Assembly (NCBI RefSeq): GCF_009914755.1
Contig: NC_060940.1
Strand: one strand, 5' to 3'
Source of the DNA: the human T2T-CHM13v2.0 reference genome, Homo sapiens
Length of the DNA: 64,000 nt
In this document: positions 57,341 through 64,000 of the stretch, piece by piece
Layout: each line of letters begins with the position of its first letter
Numbering within the stretch: position 1 is the first letter of the stretch
Notes under the pieces: generated by a model
Seen by the model: only the letters and a program-made list of their open reading frames with translations
Told to the model about the DNA's origin: nothing
Databases searched by the model: none
Made by a program: the position numbers and the translations under genes

Positions 57341-57889
57341 TAACAAATATGTTTCCATTACCAGCGTGGTGTTCAGGATCTTCACTGTTCCTGTCCATAA
57401 TTCCAGCTTTATCCCTCTATTTTTGATATTTGCAATGCTCCTGCCACAGGTTGGATTCCCAAAACATGGTCCACGTTTGTCTGTTTTTATCATCATCCCT
57501 TCCTCAAGCTATTTCTGCAGCCCGTGGAGCAGACTGTGGTGGTTACACATTCCTTTTTGCCCAGGTCTTATAACCCATTCCTCCTTTTTCTTTCCTCTGC
57601 GGACTCCTTTTCCACACCACATGACCTCAATATCCTGTGAATCTCACTCTAAACCCACCTTTCTTCTTTAATCCTCATTAAAGTCCTTTGAGGCAGAATT
57701 CATCTCACTTTTCGTGCTTTCCCATAGCACCTTGCTTTATGAGCTCATCTGTTTGCCTTGTTCTAAGGAGGTTGTGTTTGTCTTTCTCCTCCACCCTTTC
57801 CCCTTGATAATACAGAATCACACTGAACTCAGATATGCATGGCCATGAGAAACACACGCCATAATGCCCGTTCAGGAACAAATTCAGAA

Positions 57890-58025
57890 CATTGTTCCCA
57901 GGCATTCTCGTGCATGAGCTCACCTAGAAGTGTCTTTCAAATGCAGGTTCTTGCCTCACCCCATAGATCCCAGTTCAGTTTGCTCAGTGCAGGTGGTTCT
58001 TGGACCACCCTTTGAGAAACATTGT
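57890..58025. mobile_element. MER5-type hAT fragment (degenerate)
   Basis: AAATGCAGGTTCTTG...GGACCACCCTTTGAGAAACATTG resembles a MER5A end. Confidence 0.5.
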
Positions 58026-58251
58026 CCTGGAACCTAAGTCAAGGTAAGTTTTAAATTCCAGTCTGTGATAGTATCAGGCTGAGGCTGGGGTAAATAGCAA
58101 TGAGTATTAAGGAGAAAGCTGCAGTATGTACCTAGATGTAATATTTCTTTAAATTTCACTGCATTTTTTATTTCATGACCACTCTATTTCTTTCTTTGTT
58201 TCATGCAAATACTATTAAGTATTGTCATTTCCGTAACTAGTTTTTCTCTTC

Positions 58252-58561
58252 CTTTTTTTTTTTTTTTTTTTTTTTTTTTTGGCACGGTCTCACTCTGTCG
58301 CCCAGGCTGGAGTGTGATGGTGATATCATGGCTCACTGCAACTTCTGCCTCCTGGGCTCAAGCAATCCTCCTACCTCATTCAACCTCCCAGTAACTGGGA
58401 TTACAGGTGCAGGCCATGTCCATGCTAATTTTTGTATTTTGTGTAGAGACGGGGTTTCACCAAGTTGTCCAGGCTGGTCTCGAACTCCTGGCCTCAAGTA
58501 ATCTGCCCACCTCAGCCTCCCAAAGTGCTGAGATTACAGACGTGAGCCACAATGCCTGGCC
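58252..58561 (-). mobile_element. AluJ/S
   Basis: Dimer with a long poly(T). Confidence 0.94.
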
Positions 58562-59024
58562 TTGTTTTTCTATAATAGCAGGAAGTCTTATATACAAAAG
58601 TGTCTCAAAGAGTCCATGGAACGTAACTTATCAGTATGGTTCCTTTCATCCTCAACTTTTCATGGGGCCATTCTTGAAACGTTTTCCTTGTCCTGGCACC
58701 CAACTCAAACCACATGAGCCCCCAGACTCTTCCTGGACTCCTCCAGTGGGGAATGATCTCCCCTGCTCCACATTCCAACCCATCTTCCTCGTCCCCACCC
58801 TCACTGCCTCTTGGCTCCTACTGAAGCCACTTGATGGACTACTGACAAGGTAGTCCCTGTTACAACAATAGTTGCCATGTACTAAGTGTTTGCTACACAC
58901 CAGGCCCTGTGTTGAGCATTTTCCATGTATTATCCCACGTCATCGTCACATCTACCTTATATGCAGTGTCATTAACATCTCTCTTTTAGACATGAGGAAA
59001 CAGAGGCTCAGAAAAGCTAAAACA

Positions 59025-59315
59025 GGCTAGGCAGTGGCTCACACCTGTAATCCTAGCACTTTGGGAGGCCAAGGTGGGAAAATAATTTGAGGCCAGGAAT
59101 TTGAGACCAGCCTAGGTGACATAGCTAGATCCCATCTTTAGAAAAATAAAAAATAAATTAGTCAGGTATCAAAAATAAATTAGCTGAGTAACCTGTAGTC
59201 CCAGCTACTAGGAAGGCTGAAGTGGGAGGACTGCTTGAGTCCAGGAGTTTGAAGCTGCAATGAGCTATGATGGTGCTCTAGCCTGGGCAACAGAGTGAGA
59301 CTCTGTCTCAAAAAA
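59025..59315 (+). mobile_element. AluJ inside a MIR
   Basis: TSD AAAGCTAAAACA / AAGGCTAAAACA. Confidence 0.93.
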
Positions 59316-59480
59316 GACAGAGAGGAAGGAAGGAAGGGAGGGAGGGAGGGAGGGAGGGAAAGGAGAGAAAGGAAGAGAGACAGAAAGGAAGAAAGGGAGA
59401 GAGGGAGAGAGGGAGGGAGGGAGAGACGGAAGGAAGGAAGGAAGGAAGGAAGGAAGGAAGGAAGGAAGGAAAGGAAAGAA
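59316..59480. repeat. GA-rich tract including (GGAA)11 microsatellite (59428-59471)
   Basis: Read directly. It lies between an Alu 3' end and that Alu's downstream TSD. Confidence 0.95.
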
Positions 59481-60166
59481 AGGCTAAAACACTTCTCCAA
59501 AGTTGCTCCATTAGTAAATGGCAGAGCTGGCCTTCAGACCCTTGGCCTGTCAGACACCAGCATCTACATCTTAACTACCACACTGTACCTGGTTGACATC
59601 ACCATTTAACATGCTTTCTGCACATGTTCACCTTACTTTCTCACTCAAGATTCATAATAACCCAGAAAAGGAGGAATTATTTTCTCTCTTCTCTATCACA
59701 CTTACTTCATACATGAAAAAAAAAAAAAATCAAGGCCCAGCAGGATGAAGTAACTTACCCAAATCTTACCTCGGTTGATGGATTTTAACCTGTGAGGCGT
59801 ATGGGTGTGGAACAAGGACACAGCATTCCAATATAGCCTTTTCCCATCAACATAGCCTCTTTCTTAGGAAACAAAAATGCAGTTTTCCTGGGACCTCATT
59901 GCTGGTTGTAAATGTGAAGTTAGAGCCTTATTTCTAACTCTGGAATTAAATCGTTCACCCTTGCATTTAGAATGTGAAAATTAACAACTGTCGGTTATTT
60001 TCTTGATACATTTTCTCTAAAGGGCAAAGATGAAGGCATCTTCTCTGTGTCAGCAGGAAAATCCCCAGAAAAAGACATAAAAAAAAAAAAAAAAAGAGCT
60101 TCCTAGGTTGTCAATTAAACAAGAGTCTGTCCATGTGCATCCATGGAGCTCTGGGCCACAAAGTTA

Positions 60167-60304
<138 letters not shown>

Positions 60305-61868
60305 TAAAGAATGGCCCCATCAAACCATACTCTTCTCTTGCACAAATGCTGTTTCCCAGAAGGTCTTGAAACGTGTTGGTCCTAAGCACATCAGAAGAGT
60401 AGCAGGCAGGATGCCATCACGGTTCGTAGCCCAGCTCTGCCATATATTCACAGCGTGACCTTGGACAAGTGATTCTATCCCTCTGCAGATGAGAATTTTA
60501 CCGGGAAAAATGGTGGTAGGAATAGCGAGAACTCACCTAACTGCATGGTTGGGTGTATTTAATGAAACTTTGGGTGCAGAGCCTTTAGTCATGGCTTTAG
60601 CTTCTTAAGAACTCAAAAAATAGTAGCTTCAAAAGCCAGGAGCTTGAAGACAGAGAAGAAATAGCCCAGCGAGGAAAGAATGGGAGGGCTTGGAGGAAAG
60701 TGATGGTTTCTATACGGTGACACCAGACAGCGGTCAAGGAGGAATCAGAAAATCCTGGCTTGACTGCAAACCACACCAGTTATATAACTGGGTGACCAGT
60801 CGCAACTGTTTTCAGCTTCATTGTCATGAAAGGACTCTTATGAGGATAAAATAAAGCACCACCTATAAAGTATCCAGCCTAATGCAGGGTGTTCAATAAG
60901 CCTTGAGTACCACCCTTCTCTCAACCTGCCGTACCAACTGCCTGGTGTTCAGCAGTGGATACAGATTTGCCATCACTTCCCACAGCCAGAGCTGTTTCAC
61001 CCTTGATGGTTTCTCTCCCCTCAGCAGCACTCCCCCTCCTCGTCCACTGTCCCTGGGCACTGCCCACACCCCAGTCCTGGCCACCATCGTCTCCCACCGA
61101 ACTCATGAGGCTCCCTTGAGATTCAGGTTTCACCCTTTCTCATTGGTTCATCTCCTCATTATATATTCAACTCTGCCACCTTCTCTCAAGAGCAGTCTCA
61201 GGACACAGATGAGAATGTTTTCCATATGGTCTAATTGCACTCCAGGGAGTCTTACCCACAATCTCTTCCCTCACTGATGAATAGCAACTCCTAAACATCT
61301 TCCCGAGCCTCCGTTCCTATTGAGCCTGGAGAGGGGCTTCTTCTCCACCCCGGAAGTCAGGCAGCTCCTCTAAGTCATTTCTCACCCACTTTAAGAGCCC
61401 TTTGTGCATTCTCCACCCACTCATGTTGGTTCCAACGTGGGAGTGTTTGAGTGGGCTTAAAGTTCACCTCTCGACTCACCAGCGCACTCAGTTCTTGAAA
61501 ATGTCCCCACACACCCTCATGAGTGAACACCTCACCCTCAAACACCGCAGCTGGCTGAGGTGTTGTTGTCTTTCTGAAATGGTTTCTGTGAAAGTCCAGT
61601 TCTCAGAGTGAAGGTCTTTCCTGCAGGGGTGCCGGACAAAAGACTAGTAGGATGTTTATACCCCGGGAATGAATCAGAAGACAGGGCCATAGTGGTAGCA
61701 TCTGACACTTAGTCTGAGAGTGAAAGTGAGGCTACTAGGAAAAGCAATCTGAGCTGCAATACTGGGCACAAATCAGAAAATGGAGTGCAAGGTGAGCTTA
61801 TTAATAGACAAATGGTTCATAGGAAACTTTATGGGGTCGATATCACACCAGCATGAGAGCTGACCTTG

Positions 61869-62324
61869 TGATGCAGGGCAGGTGAGCCCCAAAACTGGGG
61901 CTTAGCCCACGAAGATTCTTGGCTTCACTCGGGAAAGAATTCAAGAGCAAGCTGCTGGTAGAAGAAACCTTAGCTTTAATAAGGCAGCAGCCGTGTTACA
62001 GCCTCATGATCGCTCCTGCAGAGCAGGGCTACCCCATAAACAGTGCGTTGAAAGTAGCAGCCTAGGGTCAGGTCTGCAGTCATAGTTATACCCAATTTTA
62101 ATTACATGCAAATGAAGAGGCGTGTTTTTCAGAAACGTCTAGAAAAAGGATGGCAACTTCCCGGTCATTGCTATGAAAAAGGGTGGTAACTTCTGGGAGT
62201 TGCCGTGGCAATGGTCAACTGACCTGGCACTGGTGGGCGTGTCTTCTGGAAAGGTGCTTTTGCCCCTTCCCTCTTTCAGCCAGTCTTCAGTCTGGTCCAG
62301 AGTAAAGTCCCACCTCCTACCTCA
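61869..62324 (-). mobile_element. Solo ERV1 (MER4-group, MER66-like) LTR
   Basis: TG...CA termini with a perfect 4-bp TSD CTTG (61865-61868 and 62325-62328). The minus strand starts TGAGGTAGGAGGTGGGACTTTACTCTGGACCAGACTGAAGACTGG. Confidence 0.8.
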
Positions 62325-62492
62325 CTTGCATATCTCTTCCTTACTTCTCAACATCACATCAGTAGCTTGAAATTAACCGTGGTGGGAGTATTTACACCAC
62401 AATAATAAGCAAACGCTACGAGTCAGAGTTTAGTTGTTTTTGTTTTTGTTTTCGGAAAGCTGGTTGTTAAACATTCACCAGCACACCACTGG
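62325..62492 (+). mobile_element. MER63 (hAT-Blackjack), 3' part; split by the LTR, with a 5' remnant at about 61840-61868
   Basis: GTAGCTTGAAATTAACCGTGGTGGGAGTATTTACACCAC and terminus GTTAAACATTCACCAGCACACCACTGG. Confidence 0.78.
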
Positions 62493-63822
62493 TAGACTAG
62501 CAGAACAGGAGGGTAATTAAGAGCACAGGCACTGTAACCAGACAGACTGGGAAGCCTGCACATATTTAGCCTTGCTGAACCTCAATTTCATGATCTGTAA
62601 AATGGGCTGAGCCGCCTGAAAGGGATTCATTCAGCTTCAGTGCTCTCATTGTACAAAATGCTCAGCACAGTTTCAGGGACATAGAAAACCCTCCTTAAAA
62701 ATGGCAATAACCATGCTGCTGGTGCCACTATGACAGGGCTCCAGGTTTCTCCTCCTGACGTTGTCTTCCCAGTCAGGCATAAGCGGCTGAAAAGAGACAC
62801 TCAGGGGCAAAGTGAAGCTGAATATATATAGTTTCAGAAGTGCCAAAGTCAAGAAGAAAATTTCTACAACTTCTCATCTTTGCCAACTTACTTTTTGGGT
62901 GTTTGTTAAAGAAATTGAATTCAAAAAGCCCAGTCATTCTAGAAGGATTTTTCAATAATTGCCTTTTTTCCCTTCAGATGTTCAGAGATTATTTCCGCCA
63001 CCATTGAGATACAGATAAAAAGGAAGTCAAGTGTTTCAGTGCCAAGCCCAGCCTGCCTCATGAGCAGGGAGGTTATAACAAGAAGATAGCTGTCTCCGAG
63101 AAAAGCTAATCCATCGTTTTCATGTCCAACCTTTACAAATTGTGCCCGTGTGGCAGAGTTTGAATCACTCTCTCTAACAGCCTCTGAAAACAAATGCAAA
63201 ACCTTTCAAGTTCATTCAAAGTCATTACAGCACTTTCCAGAACTGAATCAATTACTGTAACCTCTGTGGGTGTGTAAAATATGAAATTACCAGCACCCTC
63301 ACAGAGCCACAGAATTGGTAAATTAGCAAACATTGATTATGGGAGCTTTGCGAGCAGCCCCTGGTGTATTAAGTGTCTTGATGACAAACAGCAATATATT
63401 ATTTGTGATATTTTGCTTGATGAAATTGTCTTGTCCGTTAACGGTGCTTTGCCTCAGTTACAGCTGATTTTGCCATCTCAGAAATTGACATGGGGGTTGA
63501 GCTTACCATGTTGTCAGTGACAAAAATAAGACAATCCAATTGTTCTGATAGAACCAGTATTTATTTTGTATCACAATCAAGTTGAGAGTTCGGGCTTTCC
63601 AAATGAGCTCACCACGGTTTCTCCTCTCTGGACGCTGTGGGTCATACATCAAGAACAGACTATTATTTAAACTCTTTCCATGTGGGAGAGCTGTTTGTCC
63701 TTCTCATCACTCCCTTCTCATAATCCATTCCTTACCTTCCTTCCCCCTTGTTATCCTATGGATCCACTTTCTGAGCCAGGTTGACTAAGGGCAGGATCAC
63801 TGTACACTAAAAGGTCAGTGTC

Positions 63823-64000
63823 TCTAATCCCAGCACTTTGGGAGGCCGAGGCGGGCAGATCACGAGGTCAGGCAATCAAGACCATCCTGGCTAACACGGT
63901 GAAACCCGTCTCTACTGAAAATACAAAAAAATAGCAGGGCATGGTAACACATGCCTGTAGTCCCAGCTACTCGAGAGGCTGAGGCAGGAGAATCGCTTGA
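63823..64000 (+). mobile_element. AluY/Sc-like, cut by the window end
   Basis: GATCACGAGGTCAGG...ACCATCCTGGCTAACACGGTGAAACCC. Confidence 0.94.

Noticed and set aside
60776-60791. Perfect 16-bp palindrome CCAGTTATATAACTGG
   Set aside because: About one such palindrome is expected by chance in 64 kb.

Overview
This is primate (most likely human) non-coding genomic DNA. I see no intact protein-coding gene, CpG island, rRNA/tRNA gene or CRISPR array. The ORF track is almost entirely Alu-, L1- and simple-repeat-derived noise. About half the window is interspersed repeat: about 37 Alu copies or fragments, L1 3' ends, MaLR/ERV LTRs including a partial MLT1 provirus, L2/MIR relics, and DNA transposons (a near full-length Hsmar2 mariner, MER6, MER20, MER58A, MER63, half a MADE1). 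The only gene-derived sequence is a processed RPS14 pseudogene (about 46534-47135), which carries an odd 73-bp templated/L1 insertion. I found no convincing novel multi-gene system. The most notable unexplained structures are an 11 x 49-bp minisatellite whose unit packs E-box, forkhead and palindromic T-box-like motifs, several local template-switch scars (an inverted duplication at 20.2/21.3 kb, a direct duplication at 51.1/52.5 kb, a templated 13-bp insert at 54.86 kb, a 73-nt hairpin at 40.17 kb), repeat-free motif-dense islands that look like developmental enhancers, and a few candidate exons or microexons. Repeat subfamily names come from my recall of consensus sequences, and boundaries are approximate (roughly 10-30 bp).
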